Assembly: GCA_048270185.1 (NCBI GenBank)
Contig: JBLWTJ010000001.1
Span: 128,001 to 192,000, forward strand
DNA: 64,000 bases
Reading direction: 5' to 3'
Origin: Bacteriovoracaceae bacterium
Lineage (GTDB): Bacteria > Bdellovibrionota > Bacteriovoracia > Bacteriovoracales > Bacteriovoracaceae
The notes beneath the pieces were generated by a model. That model searched no databases. It saw nothing but the letters and a program-made list of their open reading frames with translations, and was not told the DNA's origin. A program made the translations under genes and the position numbers. Positions 18,716 to 28,774 of the stretch are shown piece by piece. Within the stretch, counting starts at the first letter, position 1; each line of letters starts with the position of its first letter.

Positions 18716-19273
18716 ATGAGACTCACTTCGAAAGGACGCTACGCAGTTAGAGCAATGCTTGACCTAACTACTAATAGCAACGGTAACCCTGTTAGACTAC
18801 AGGAAATTTCAGAAAGACAAAACATTTCACTACACTACCTTGAGCAACTTTTCAGAAAGCTTAGAAATGGGCAAGCTGTTAAGTCGGTAAGAGGACCAGG
18901 TGGTGGTTATGTTCTTGCTCGTTCAATGGAAGAAATCACAATTAAAGATGTTCTTGAGTGTGTTGGTGAAAATATCAACCCAGCTAAAGATATTCTTGGA
19001 ACAGAAGCAGAGCAAGCTAGCACTACTGAGTTCCACCTGTCTAAGAACTACTTTCAAAACCTTGGTTTCATTATGAATGAATACCTTTCAACTACTTCTC
19101 TTGGTGACCTAATCAGAAAGTCTGGTGAAGTTCAATCTGAAGTAAGAAGTAATGAAGTAGCTAATGAGCAAGCTCAGCCAACTGCTGAAGCAGCATCAAC
19201 TACTTCAACTGAAAGTGCATTCAGTGAATACGCATCAGGGATTAGATCAGGTTTAGGTGAAATTAATCAATAA
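18716..19273 (+). CDS. Rrf2-family regulator (IscR/CymR-like) without the IscR Cys triad
   Basis: MRLTSKGRYAVRAMLDL, YLEQLF.KLR, SVRGPGGGY; only one Cys in the protein. Confidence 0.9.
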   Translation: MRLTSKGRYAVRAMLDLTTNSNGNPVRLQEISERQNISLHYLEQLFRKLRNGQAVKSVRGPGGGYVLARSMEEITIKDVLECVGENINPAKDILGTEAEQASTTEFHLSKNYFQNLGFIMNEYLSTTSLGDLIRKSGEVQSEVRSNEVANEQAQPTAEAASTTSTESAFSEYASGIRSGLGEINQ

Positions 19274-20411
19274 TTTTCTTTACTTAGATTATAATGCAAC
19301 GGCCCCCTTAGTAAAACCAGTTCAAGACTGGCTTTGCGAGGGGGCCGCATTCTTTGGGAATCCAGCTTCAACTCATCAATTGGGTAAGAAGTCTAAGTCC
19401 CTTATCAATCAAACAATCAAAAATATTCAAAAAATTTTCAGTGCTCAGGCATACGAAGTTTTCTTTCATTCAGGTGCAACTGAGGCCATTAACAGTGTTG
19501 TTAAAGGTTTCTGTTTTAATGCCCTTAAGTCTAAGAAAGAATTTCATGTCTTGTGCTTTGATGCTGACCACTCAAGTGTTGTTAACCAGAGAGAGCATGT
19601 TGAGCTCTTAGGTGGCACTTTTCACGTGCTAAAGACTATTAATGGTGACTTTGATACTGAAGAAGTTATTAGAAAAGTTAAGGCCATCTCTGGTGAAGTC
19701 TTAATTAACTTCACTTACGTTAATAATGAGAATGGCGTTGTGTGGGATCTGGGTGAAGTTTTAAAAATTAAGCAAGCAACAGCTGCAACTATTCATGTAG
19801 ATTGTGTTCAGGTTGTCGGAAAAGTTAAGGACTGGAATCAGTTAGTTTTAGGCCTTGATTACTATACTTTCTCTGGCCATAAATTTGGTGCATTAAAAGG
19901 AGTCGGGTTCACTCTTGTCTCGAAAGAAGCAAGTTGGACACCGCTTATTCGTGGTGGTGGTCAGCAAAAGGCCATGAGATCTGGAACTGAGAATGCATTT
20001 GGTGTTCATACCGTTTCTTTGGCCCTTGATTATAATCTTGAAAATTTTAACTTTGAAAAAATCTCTCAAATTAAAAATGAATTAGAAAGTTGGATAATGA
20101 ATAATTTTGGCAACAAAGTTATTTTAATTGGTGAAAAAGCTAAGCTTAGAAATGCTACAACAATCTTTTTAAGCCTTGGTGACGTTGATATCAATACGGT
20201 TATGATGGCCCTTGATATGGCCGGAATTGGTGGCTCAAGTGGTTCTGCATGTGCATCAGGTATTATCAAGCCTTCTCGTGTAGCACTTGCATATGGCCTT
20301 GATGATAAGTCTTCTACTAATGTACTAAGGCTTTCACTGTCTCCGTATATTGAAGACTCTCAATCTATTATCGACAAATTATCTCCTGTTCTTACAAAAT
20401 ATCTTTCATAA
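19257..20411 (+). CDS. iscS: Cysteine desulfurase (IscS/NifS family)
   Basis: YLDYNATAP, GNPAS.H, SGATE, SGHKF (PLP Lys), RSGTEN, SGSAC (catalytic Cys). Confidence 0.88.
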   Translation: MKLINNFLYLDYNATAPLVKPVQDWLCEGAAFFGNPASTHQLGKKSKSLINQTIKNIQKIFSAQAYEVFFHSGATEAINSVVKGFCFNALKSKKEFHVLCFDADHSSVVNQREHVELLGGTFHVLKTINGDFDTEEVIRKVKAISGEVLINFTYVNNENGVVWDLGEVLKIKQATAATIHVDCVQVVGKVKDWNQLVLGLDYYTFSGHKFGALKGVGFTLVSKEASWTPLIRGGGQQKAMRSGTENAFGVHTVSLALDYNLENFNFEKISQIKNELESWIMNNFGNKVILIGEKAKLRNATTIFLSLGDVDINTVMMALDMAGIGGSSGSACASGIIKPSRVALAYGLDDKSSTNVLRLSLSPYIEDSQSIIDKLSPVLTKYLS

Positions 20412-20558
20412 TAATCTGCGTATGATGCGATGCGTGATGCACTTTGGTCATACTTAAAAAAACCTAACGAGTTCATTTTGGCCTCAGGGTGCAGATGGAC
20501 ACTATGTCTAACTATCTGTAAATATTAGTTTTAGGTGATTAGTGGGTACGTTCATTTT

Positions 20559-20574
20559 TGGCACGGCCCTTGCT
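20559..20574 (+). promoter_or_regulatory. sigma54 (-24/-12) promoter
   Basis: TGGCACGGCCCTTGCT is an exact match to TGGCACG-N4-TTGCW, in an intergenic region. Confidence 0.75.
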
Positions 20575-20584
20575 TATATATAAG

Positions 20585-20672
20585 TATCAATGGTTAGACG
20601 GCCTTGGTTCTTTGAAAAGAGTCCCATCACACTTCTACTGACCATGCTGAAAAACAAGAATTTGTTTTTTTC
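20585..20672 (+). ncRNA. Candidate sigma54-dependent small RNA
   Basis: Begins at the predicted TSS; closing stem ATGGTTAG/CTGACCAT (20590-20645); weak AAAAACAA/TTGTTTTT hairpin and T run; no + strand gene follows. Confidence 0.4.
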
Positions 20673-20727
20673 TCTTGCTCAAAATCCTACCTTTTCTTTC
20701 TAAGTTTAATCCAAGGCCCAATTTTTT

Positions 20728-21297
20728 TTATAAGTATTTTAAGATATTTTGATAGTCATTTTCTCGTGCGATATCAATGGCCTTTTTATGATCCTTATTG
20801 AGAATCATTTTGTTTGCACTTTGTTCACTTAAAATTTTTATGCACTCTATATTGCCATTTTTAGCGCTGTAGTGAAGGGCAGTGTTGCCATGTGTATCTT
20901 GTCGGTTAATATCGGCACCGGCCTTTAGAAGAGCGATGATTACTTTGGGATTACAGTTATAGCTTTGATCCATCAGGAAAGTATATTGTCTTTTGTTTAT
21001 AATAAGATCTGGGTCAGCACCATTTTCTAGTGTGTTTATAATCTCTTCTTCATTCTCATCGTTAAAAGCCTCGAGCATTTTATTATTGAGATTACTTGTC
21101 TTCTTTGTTTGAAATGTTGACTTTGTTGATGCTAATGCAGACGCACTTAAAGTGATGGCATCAGTTTTTTTCATAATAAATTCTTTATTGATAGTGATAG
21201 GTGTATTAAGAGGCCTATGATTGCTATCACTTGCTTTTGATAAATACCAAACGAATGTAAAGATAGGAATGATGAGTAAAAGGGAGCGTTTAATCAT
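20728..21297 (-). CDS. Exported or membrane-anchored ankyrin-repeat protein
   Basis: LENGADPD, LLKAGADIN, GNTALHYSA ankyrin motifs; N-terminal hydrophobic segment; overlaps the dacB stop. Confidence 0.88.
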   Translation of the reverse strand: MIKRSLLLIIPIFTFVWYLSKASDSNHRPLNTPITINKEFIMKKTDAITLSASALASTKSTFQTKKTSNLNNKMLEAFNDENEEEIINTLENGADPDLIINKRQYTFLMDQSYNCNPKVIIALLKAGADINRQDTHGNTALHYSAKNGNIECIKILSEQSANKMILNKDHKKAIDIARENDYQNILKYL

Positions 21298-22633
21298 TTT
21301 TTATTTCTTCAATCGTTTTAAATGCTGGGTAGAAGTATTTCGGTTCTTTATGACTTATTGGCTTGCTTCCGCCAAATTCTTCGATGATATAATTTACCAT
21401 AAGATCTTGAGACATTTTGGCATTATTGCGATCGACTTTAAAGACATGATGAAAGAATCCAAAGTATACAGGACCTGACTGAGTTAAAAGTTTTCCTGCT
21501 AGTGACCTGGTATTCATAAGAGTACCTGTCTTTCCAAGGATGGCCCCTAGATTCTTTTTTAAATTAAGTCTTTTCTTTAAAGTTCCATAATCAAGGCCCG
21601 CAACAGGAAGCGCTTCTTGAAGATTGTGTCCGCCATCAACTAAAGTATCGTTTAGTTTCTGGTATAGGCGTACCATGACGGCACAAGTTGAGTAATTGTC
21701 GACTCTTTCATTGTTTCTCTTGTCGTCTAAGCCTGAGCCTGTATAGAAAGTGGAAGTCATCTCTAACTCATTATAGCCTTTGCGTGTTTGTACGTAGTCA
21801 CGACCTAGGTTTTCATCTGTAAAGTTTTGTAGATACCAAGAAGAGAAAGCTTCTTCTCCATAGCTTGTGTAGAGAATATCGGCCATCCAATTATGTGAAA
21901 TTGAATTTTGATACTTTAGGTATTCAAGAATTGGAGTTGTCGTCACTTCAAAGAAGCGTAGGTCTTTTTTGTTCTGTAATGGGTTCTCTTCACTATAAAT
22001 TACATTGTTAACTTGCATCTCATAGTTTGAAATTCTGTTTGGCATTGAAAGCTCGCTTAGAACTTCTTGTGGAGTGTTCTTAAGTAGTGCTTTCATGCTT
22101 TTTACAAGATCGTCATGCTCTTTGAAGTTGAAATACTTTAGTAGCTCTTTTTTTGAGTTTTCAAGATTGGCCCTTCTTTCACTCATGCTCATGTACGGTT
22201 TTAAGGCATTGGCAAATACTGGAACTTGCTTATCAAAACTTAGTGTCTTAATTTTTTTTATTCCAAGTGAGTTAAGTCCTGCGATTAGGTAGAGGAGTTT
22301 CTCTTCACTGTAGAGTGGATCATTTGATCCTTTGATATGTAGATTTTCTCCATCGTAGCTTAGGATTGTTTTAAATTGGTACTCAACCCCTAGTGTGTCG
22401 ATGGCCATAAGTGAAGTAATCGGTTTAGTTGTTGAAGCAAGACGTGACTTTAAGTGTGCTGTTTCACCATAGATCTGGTCATTATAAAGGTAGCAGAAAC
22501 CATGCTCATTTGAGTTTAAGTTAAATTCTTCTGAGAGTGTTTGCCATTTAAGTTTTATATTTTCGTGAATATCGCCTAGTGCAGAGCTGGCAAGAAATAG
22601 CGTCGTAAATAGGATCGTGATCTTTGTAAACAT
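21290..22633 (-). CDS. dacB: Secreted D-Ala-D-Ala carboxy/endopeptidase, PBP4/DacB (S13) family
   Basis: Signal peptide; SxxK (STTK), SxN (SHN), GSG and KTG motifs. Confidence 0.88.
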   Translation of the reverse strand: MFTKITILFTTLFLASSALGDIHENIKLKWQTLSEEFNLNSNEHGFCYLYNDQIYGETAHLKSRLASTTKPITSLMAIDTLGVEYQFKTILSYDGENLHIKGSNDPLYSEEKLLYLIAGLNSLGIKKIKTLSFDKQVPVFANALKPYMSMSERRANLENSKKELLKYFNFKEHDDLVKSMKALLKNTPQEVLSELSMPNRISNYEMQVNNVIYSEENPLQNKKDLRFFEVTTTPILEYLKYQNSISHNWMADILYTSYGEEAFSSWYLQNFTDENLGRDYVQTRKGYNELEMTSTFYTGSGLDDKRNNERVDNYSTCAVMVRLYQKLNDTLVDGGHNLQEALPVAGLDYGTLKKRLNLKKNLGAILGKTGTLMNTRSLAGKLLTQSGPVYFGFFHHVFKVDRNNAKMSQDLMVNYIIEEFGGSKPISHKEPKYFYPAFKTIEEIKND

Positions 22634-22698
22634 AGTGAGAGATCTTAGAAAATTAAGTCTTAGTGGTCAAATTAGATGATATGACTTGCGTTAAGTCT

Positions 22699-23334
22699 TT
22701 ATAATTTGGCTTTTAAGATTGGAAGAATCGAGGCCAGTCCGTTTGTTATCATTTCAACTGACATCGCAAGAAGAATGAGTCCCATTACTCGAGTCGTTAC
22801 ATTTACACCGAGTTGTCCTACCTTTTCACTAATACGACTAGCGTTGATGAGAACAATATAGATGATAAGAACAGCAAGTCCTAGTATTGGAACACTGAGG
22901 GCCCAGTCAACTGGAGAGTCGAGTTTTTGAGCATAAATGATTGTCGTCGAAATTGCTCCAGGTCCCGCTAAAAGTGGTATAGCAAGAGGTACAATTCCGA
23001 TTTCACGAATTGAGTCATCATCCATTTCATCTTGAGTAAGTTTAGATTCAACATCCTTGGCGTTAATCATGGAAGTGGCCATGGAGAAGATTAGAATCCC
23101 ACCACCAACTGTGAAGGCCCCAATTGATATTCCAAAAAAACTTAAAATTTTCTTACCAATAAAAAGTGAAATAACTAATGTGACAAAAACTGCAATAGAG
23201 CACACCTTCACCATGCTGCGCCTTTGTGTATTTGAAAGATTCTTTGTTAATCCCATAAACATAGGTAGTGCACCTATTGGGTTAACAACAGAAAGAAGAG
23301 CGACGAAGAAGGGGATCATAAGACTAGTTTTCAT
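22699..23334 (-). CDS. MarC family membrane protein
   Basis: NPIG, FGIS..F..GG, VPLAIPLLAGPGAI, RVMGLIL. Confidence 0.92.
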   Translation of the reverse strand: MKTSLMIPFFVALLSVVNPIGALPMFMGLTKNLSNTQRRSMVKVCSIAVFVTLVISLFIGKKILSFFGISIGAFTVGGGILIFSMATSMINAKDVESKLTQDEMDDDSIREIGIVPLAIPLLAGPGAISTTIIYAQKLDSPVDWALSVPILGLAVLIIYIVLINASRISEKVGQLGVNVTTRVMGLILLAMSVEMITNGLASILPILKAKL

Positions 23335-23387
23335 AGTTAAATTATGACCGATATCAAAGATTATTCAAGTTAGATTTTTAATAAGAT

Positions 23388-24083
23388 TTAATCGTCTATA
23401 GCATCCCAATCAAGCTCTTTAGAGATCGTCACACCAGATATTGTTTTCTGGGCCTCTTTTTTAATGAATGGGAAGTTGATTTTTTCAAGTGGGTAGTTAT
23501 CGAATAAACCATCTTCAAGAACTTCATCCATTGCGATAAAAATTGTCTTTGGACAAACATCGATGAGGTGCGAGAAGTAGAAATCATTTGGTAGTTCTGG
23601 AATATCGAGTTTAACGTCAAGTCCATCTTCACCGTTCATGATAGCTTCATTCATGGCCGCTTCTGCTTGCAGGGCCATAATTTGTTTCGCTGGAGACTCT
23701 TCAGTTGTATCGCGAACGATAATTGATCCCTTAATGTTTTCGTGCTTAATGACACTTGTGATATTCCAACTAGCAATATTGAAAAAATCTAAATAGAAAG
23801 TCGACTTACCATATTTGATCTTTCTTGGGATTTGTAATTGAGTCAGAAACTTACGCGTTGACTCATCTTTTGACTTACGTGCTAACTTTTGAGCAAGTTT
23901 GGCGTCTTGGACGCGGATAATGTAAGCTCCCGCCTCTTTTGTTGATCTAAATAGCATGTATTGGAATGCCAGGCTAAAGAGTGTGTAGAGCTTATGTTGA
24001 CCTAAATGGACGGCCTTTGCGTCAGTTTCGACCAGAGTTTTTACCGATTCATACAGATCTTGCTTAGTTAGTTGTGAAGACAT
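23388..24083 (-). CDS. Hypothetical protein
   Basis: 231 aa ORF with AAGGA RBS; no family recognised. Confidence 0.7.
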   Translation of the reverse strand: MSSQLTKQDLYESVKTLVETDAKAVHLGQHKLYTLFSLAFQYMLFRSTKEAGAYIIRVQDAKLAQKLARKSKDESTRKFLTQLQIPRKIKYGKSTFYLDFFNIASWNITSVIKHENIKGSIIVRDTTEESPAKQIMALQAEAAMNEAIMNGEDGLDVKLDIPELPNDFYFSHLIDVCPKTIFIAMDEVLEDGLFDNYPLEKINFPFIKKEAQKTISGVTISKELDWDAIDD

Positions 24084-24337
24084 TGAATTTATTCCTTTAA
24101 TTTAGTGCGAAAATTTTTTTAAGAATTTCGGCATTTTTTGTCAACCGCTTTATATAAAATAAACACTTAAATATTCTTTGTTTTAAGTGCAAAAAAGCCT
24201 TATAACTCGTTGACTTGAATGGCTTTTTTCTCTAATATGCAACACTGATTATTAAGATTTTACAGTTAAGTGAACTAGGTCATCCTATTTTATTTGGACT
24301 TATTTAAAGTATTAACAACCTCAAAACGGAGTTAAGA

Positions 24338-26503
24338 ATGATTAACAACAAGCTGATGGCGAAAACGAGAAATATTGGTATTTCGGCGCACATCGACTCT
24401 GGTAAGACTACTCTTTCAGAGCGTATCCTTTTTTATTGTGACATGATCCACAAGATCGAAGATGTTCGTGGTGGTGGTGCTGGTGCAACTATGGACCACA
24501 TGGAACTTGAAAAAGAAAAAGGTATTACAATTACATCTGCTGCTACGACAGCACACTGGAAAGGTATTAGCGGTAAAGGGACAACTTTTGCTGACGGTAT
24601 TGAAAAAGATACTCGTATTAACCTAATCGATACTCCGGGTCACGTTGACTTCACTGTTGAGGTTGAAAGATCACTACGTGTTCTTGATGGTGCGATTCTT
24701 GTTCTTTGTTCTGTATCGGGTGTTCAGTCTCAGTCAATCACTGTAGACAGACAGATGAAAAGATATAACGTTCCTAGAATGGCCTTCTTAAATAAGATGG
24801 ACCGTATGGGAGCAAACCCATTTAATGGACGTGATGCACTTAGAGAAAAACTAAACCACAATGCTGTTCTTATGCAAATCCCTATTGGTGCAGAAGATCA
24901 GTTTACAGGTGTTGTTGACCTAGTAACTAAGCAAGCAATGTACTTTGATGGTGATAACGGAGAAAACGTAAGAATCGAAGAATGTCCAGCTGATCTTGTT
25001 GAGCAGATGGAAGAGCTAAGATCTGAAATGGTTGACGCTGTTGCTGAATTTGATGATGAAGTAATGGAAGCTTACCTAGAAGGTAATGAGCCAACTGAAG
25101 AGCAACTTCACCTATGTATCAAAAAAGGTGTTCAATCTCTTCAATTAACTCCAGTATTTATGGGGTCTGCATTCAAGAACAAAGGTGTTCAAGCACTTCT
25201 TGAAGCAGTTGCAAGATACCTTCCTTCACCACTTACTTGTGCTCTTCCAACAGCTCAAGATGCTGATACAGATTCAAAAATTGAAATCACTCCAGATCCA
25301 GCTGGTGATCTACTTGCTATGGCATTCAAAATCACTGATGAGCAATTTGGTCAGCTGACTTATACAAGAATCTATAGAGGTACACTAAATAAAGGTGATA
25401 CTGTATACAATACAAGAACTGGTAAGAAAGTACGTATCGGACGTATGGTTCGTATGAACTCTAATGATAGAGAGAATATCGATTCAGCACACGCTGGGGA
25501 TATCATCGCTATCGTAGGTATCGACTGTGCATCAGGGGATACATTCGTAGGTAACGACGATAACTTACACCTTTCACTTGAAGGTATCCACGTTCCAATT
25601 CCAGTTATCGAACTTTCGATTTCTTGTAAGGATAAGAACGAGCAAGCCAAAATGTCTAAAGGTCTTGCTAAATTCCTTAAAGAAGACCCTACTTTCCACG
25701 TATACACTGATGAAGAGTCAGGTGAAACACGTATCGCTGGTATGGGTGAGCTACACCTTGAGATCTATGTTGAAAGACTTAAGCGTGAGTTCGGTGCTAA
25801 CGTTGAAGTTGGTGCTCCACAGGTTAACTACCGTGAAACAATCAGAACTGAAGCAGCTTTTGATTACACTCACAAGAAGCAAACTGGTGGTTCTGGTCAA
25901 TTCGGTCAAGTTGTTGGTCTACTTAAGCCACTTGCTGAAGAAGATAAGGATAAAGAAGATCAAGTATTTAAATTCAATAACGAAATCAAAGGTGGATCGA
26001 TTCCTAACGAATTCATCGGTGCCTGTGAAAAAGGTTTCCAAGATGTTATGGATAAAGGTCCTCTTGCTGCATTCCCAGTTATTAACTGTGAAGTATTCCT
26101 AAGAGACGGTAAGTCACACGACGTTGACTCTTCTGATATGGCCTTCCGTATTGCTGCAAGACAAGCGATGAGACAAGCTATCAACAAAGCACAACCAGTT
26201 CTTATGGAACCAGTTATGAAAGTTGAAGTTACAACTCCAGATGAGTTCCAAGGTTCTGTTATTGGTGACCTTTCTTCAAGAAGAGGGATGATCCAAGGTT
26301 CAGAAACTGATCCAGGTGGAGAAGTTATCATCAATGCTGAAGTACCACTTTCAGAGATGTTTGGTTACTCAAATGACCTAAGATCAATGTCTCAAGGTAA
26401 AGCATCATACACGATGGAGTTTGCTAGATACGTAGACTGTCCTTCAAATATTCAAGAGACAGTTATGAAAGAACGTAAAGAAAAATTAGCAAACGAAGAT
26501 TAA
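24338..26503 (+). CDS. fusA: Elongation factor G, stand-alone copy
   Basis: AHIDSGKTT, KGITI, DTPGHVDF, NKMD, GMGELHL, KKQTGGSGQF, HDVDSS. Confidence 0.97.
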   Translation: MINNKLMAKTRNIGISAHIDSGKTTLSERILFYCDMIHKIEDVRGGGAGATMDHMELEKEKGITITSAATTAHWKGISGKGTTFADGIEKDTRINLIDTPGHVDFTVEVERSLRVLDGAILVLCSVSGVQSQSITVDRQMKRYNVPRMAFLNKMDRMGANPFNGRDALREKLNHNAVLMQIPIGAEDQFTGVVDLVTKQAMYFDGDNGENVRIEECPADLVEQMEELRSEMVDAVAEFDDEVMEAYLEGNEPTEEQLHLCIKKGVQSLQLTPVFMGSAFKNKGVQALLEAVARYLPSPLTCALPTAQDADTDSKIEITPDPAGDLLAMAFKITDEQFGQLTYTRIYRGTLNKGDTVYNTRTGKKVRIGRMVRMNSNDRENIDSAHAGDIIAIVGIDCASGDTFVGNDDNLHLSLEGIHVPIPVIELSISCKDKNEQAKMSKGLAKFLKEDPTFHVYTDEESGETRIAGMGELHLEIYVERLKREFGANVEVGAPQVNYRETIRTEAAFDYTHKKQTGGSGQFGQVVGLLKPLAEEDKDKEDQVFKFNNEIKGGSIPNEFIGACEKGFQDVMDKGPLAAFPVINCEVFLRDGKSHDVDSSDMAFRIAARQAMRQAINKAQPVLMEPVMKVEVTTPDEFQGSVIGDLSSRRGMIQGSETDPGGEVIINAEVPLSEMFGYSNDLRSMSQGKASYTMEFARYVDCPSNIQETVMKERKEKLANED

Positions 26504-26534
26504 GCCGATATTTAAAAATATTGATTTATATTCG

Positions 26535-26564
26535 AAAGGCCTGCATTATGCAGGCCTTTTTTTT
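26535..26564. terminator. Bidirectional terminator between fusA and the MCP gene
   Basis: AAAGGCCTGCA-TTA-TGCAGGCCTTT plus T run. Confidence 0.88.
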
Positions 26565-26571
26565 GACTAGG

Positions 26572-27978
26572 CTAAGCCGCCTTTACTATTGAGTCTTTAA
26601 TTTGATTTAGCATCTTAGAGTCTTTTTCAAGTTGAGTTGTAATATCTCTAACAGTTTGTAGCTGTACAAGTGATTGGTTACTTGATTCATTAATAGTTAG
26701 AAGTGCTTGTGATAATTCTTTAACTCCGGCATCTTGTTGGTCTGCCGCTGTTGAGATTTCTTTTAATGTATACTCTTGCTGGTTAGAGTTTTGCTCAACA
26801 TTTGAAAAGGACTGGCCAAGCTTGTGGTTAATATCTGTCCAGATTTCAAAAGAGTGAGAGATTTGTGATTGAAAACTTGTTAGCTTTTCTTCAACTGATG
26901 TTACAGAACCATTTAAGAGTTCTTTCGATGAGTTTACAATCTCATTAATTTCAATGGCCGCAATACCTGAACTCGAAGCAAGTTTTCCAATTTCTTCGGC
27001 AACGACAGAGAAGCCTTTTCCATGTTCTCCTGCTCTTGCTGCTTCAACTGATGCATTGAAAGAGAGAAGTTTAGTTTGAAAAACAATATCATTAATAAGT
27101 GTCGTCTTTTCACTAATTGAATTTACTGCTTCAACAACTGAGTTAAGCTGCGAAGAGGAGCTCTCTTGTAAGTCTTTCATATTATCAACAAGCTCTGAAA
27201 GTGATTGCATGAACTTCTCTCCATCACGAATTGCTTTTGAACTTGTACCTATCGATGCCTTTGTTTCATCCATTTTATTGATGACATTTTCAATTTGTAC
27301 CTTTGTTGATTCGGCCATTTGAGAAATTTGCTTTGCTGTTGCTGAAATTTCAGTGATGGCCGATGAATTGGATTGTGAGTTTCCAAATAATTGATTACAT
27401 GAAGCGCTCGACTGCTTTGAGGCATGATCAATATTCTTAACTAGAGGTCCGATATTTTGATTAATTTGTTCTTGTAGGTCGAGAACCTTTTTAAAGCGAT
27501 AGGCGAGAAAGGAGCATGCTGCAGCTTCGATAACTACAAAGCCTGCATGTATGGCCACAATTCCTAAAGAAGCACTATAGTTGAAAATGCTTGCTGGAAG
27601 TAGAAAGTAGAATGCTAAATGGTGGACGGCGGCCGTTGCTGCTGCTGCAATGATAGTCATTGGATTAGCAAATAGACTTAAAATACCAATACAGATGAAA
27701 ATATGAAAGTGCCACTCAATCATTCCCTTTCCTAAATGAATCATAATTCCGGAAAGTGCAATGAATGTGAATCCCATCATGATGGAAGCAATATTTTTGT
27801 TACCAGTTATTTTTTCACAAGTAACTTGTCCGGCCCATAAGAGTATTGGAGCTGCGATTGCAATCGTTAATTCTGTTTTAAAAAATAGGGCCATTGCGAC
27901 AAAGACAGGGATGTGGCCTAGTATCGCATAGCTTGAGTACTTTAAAACTTGTTTTAAATTCAACTCGTAAACAGACAT
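26572..27978 (-). CDS. Methyl-accepting chemotaxis protein with a multi-TM His-rich input domain
   Basis: [30 protein letters not shown] hairpin tip; N-terminal TMs with [13 protein letters not shown] and IHAGF. Confidence 0.92.
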   Translation of the reverse strand: MSVYELNLKQVLKYSSYAILGHIPVFVAMALFFKTELTIAIAAPILLWAGQVTCEKITGNKNIASIMMGFTFIALSGIMIHLGKGMIEWHFHIFICIGILSLFANPMTIIAAAATAAVHHLAFYFLLPASIFNYSASLGIVAIHAGFVVIEAAACSFLAYRFKKVLDLQEQINQNIGPLVKNIDHASKQSSASCNQLFGNSQSNSSAITEISATAKQISQMAESTKVQIENVINKMDETKASIGTSSKAIRDGEKFMQSLSELVDNMKDLQESSSSQLNSVVEAVNSISEKTTLINDIVFQTKLLSFNASVEAARAGEHGKGFSVVAEEIGKLASSSGIAAIEINEIVNSSKELLNGSVTSVEEKLTSFQSQISHSFEIWTDINHKLGQSFSNVEQNSNQQEYTLKEISTAADQQDAGVKELSQALLTINESSNQSLVQLQTVRDITTQLEKDSKMLNQIKDSIVKAA

Positions 27979-28580
27979 TATATTTTCTCCTGGTACTTTA
28001 ACCCAAATGGATCAAGCAATTTTTGATATTGCTTACTAACCGCACACCCCATAACTGGTAGTGATGCAATTGTTCGATTATTCTTTATTTTATTTAGAAA
28101 TTGTTTGATATCTATTTTTGTAAAAGGTGTGATGACTTTATCTGTGTAGCCACCAACATACTTTGTAATTTTCTTATCATCATAGATTACCAGCAGTGGA
28201 ACACCCTTGATGGCACTTGCTAACTCTTCATCAAGCTTCTTTGTATTGATACTCTTAACTAGGTAGCCTTTCTTTTTTAGCCTTGTGCTATATTGATCTT
28301 TGGTATCATCTATAACTAAGGCAAGCTCAAAAGCTAGAGGGGCACGCTCTAGCAGGTGTGTAAATATTTGCTGAGAACAACTACATTTGGGAGTTAAAAA
28401 ATGGATGACTCCTAATTCTCTTTCTTTCACCTTTGGGAACCATTTGGAAACGACAGTCGTCGATAAGTCTATTGGTGATAGATCAGCATAGTGCCATGAG
28501 TGCATTAATGTAATGACATATGAAACAAGGCCAAGCCATGAAACAATAAATAGAATTTGGGAAAATTTAAGCTTTCTCAT
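27978..28580 (-). CDS. Membrane-anchored thioredoxin-like protein (CSCS motif)
   Basis: N-terminal [25 protein letters not shown]-terminal GCAV; stop overlaps the MCP start. Confidence 0.6.
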   Translation of the reverse strand: MRKLKFSQILFIVSWLGLVSYVITLMHSWHYADLSPIDLSTTVVSKWFPKVKERELGVIHFLTPKCSCSQQIFTHLLERAPLAFELALVIDDTKDQYSTRLKKKGYLVKSINTKKLDEELASAIKGVPLLVIYDDKKITKYVGGYTDKVITPFTKIDIKQFLNKIKNNRTIASLPVMGCAVSKQYQKLLDPFGLKYQEKI

Positions 28581-28589
28581 TAGTGTTTC

Positions 28590-28617
28590 TTATCGGGAGT
28601 AATGTAATATTTCTTTA
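28590..28617 (-). promoter_or_regulatory. sigma28 (FliA)-like promoter
   Basis: Minus strand TAAA-N16-CCCGATAA directly upstream of the Trx-like/MCP pair. Confidence 0.6.
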
Positions 28618-28747
28618 ATATTAGCCTGTTACTTGCTAAAGCTTTGTTTTATCTGAAGCTTTAAGTGGAGCTTATTGTTGAGTGAATAATTTTTGGTCTA
28701 CGTTCAGATACTAGTCAGCTCAACCTATTGTAATCCTGTTATATTGA

Positions 28748-28763
28748 TGGCATCTATTTTGCT
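28748..28763 (+). promoter_or_regulatory. sigma54-like promoter
   Basis: TGGCATCTATTTTGCT (GG-N10-GC) just upstream of ORF 28775. Confidence 0.55.
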
Positions 28764-28774
28764 TTTAGAATCAT

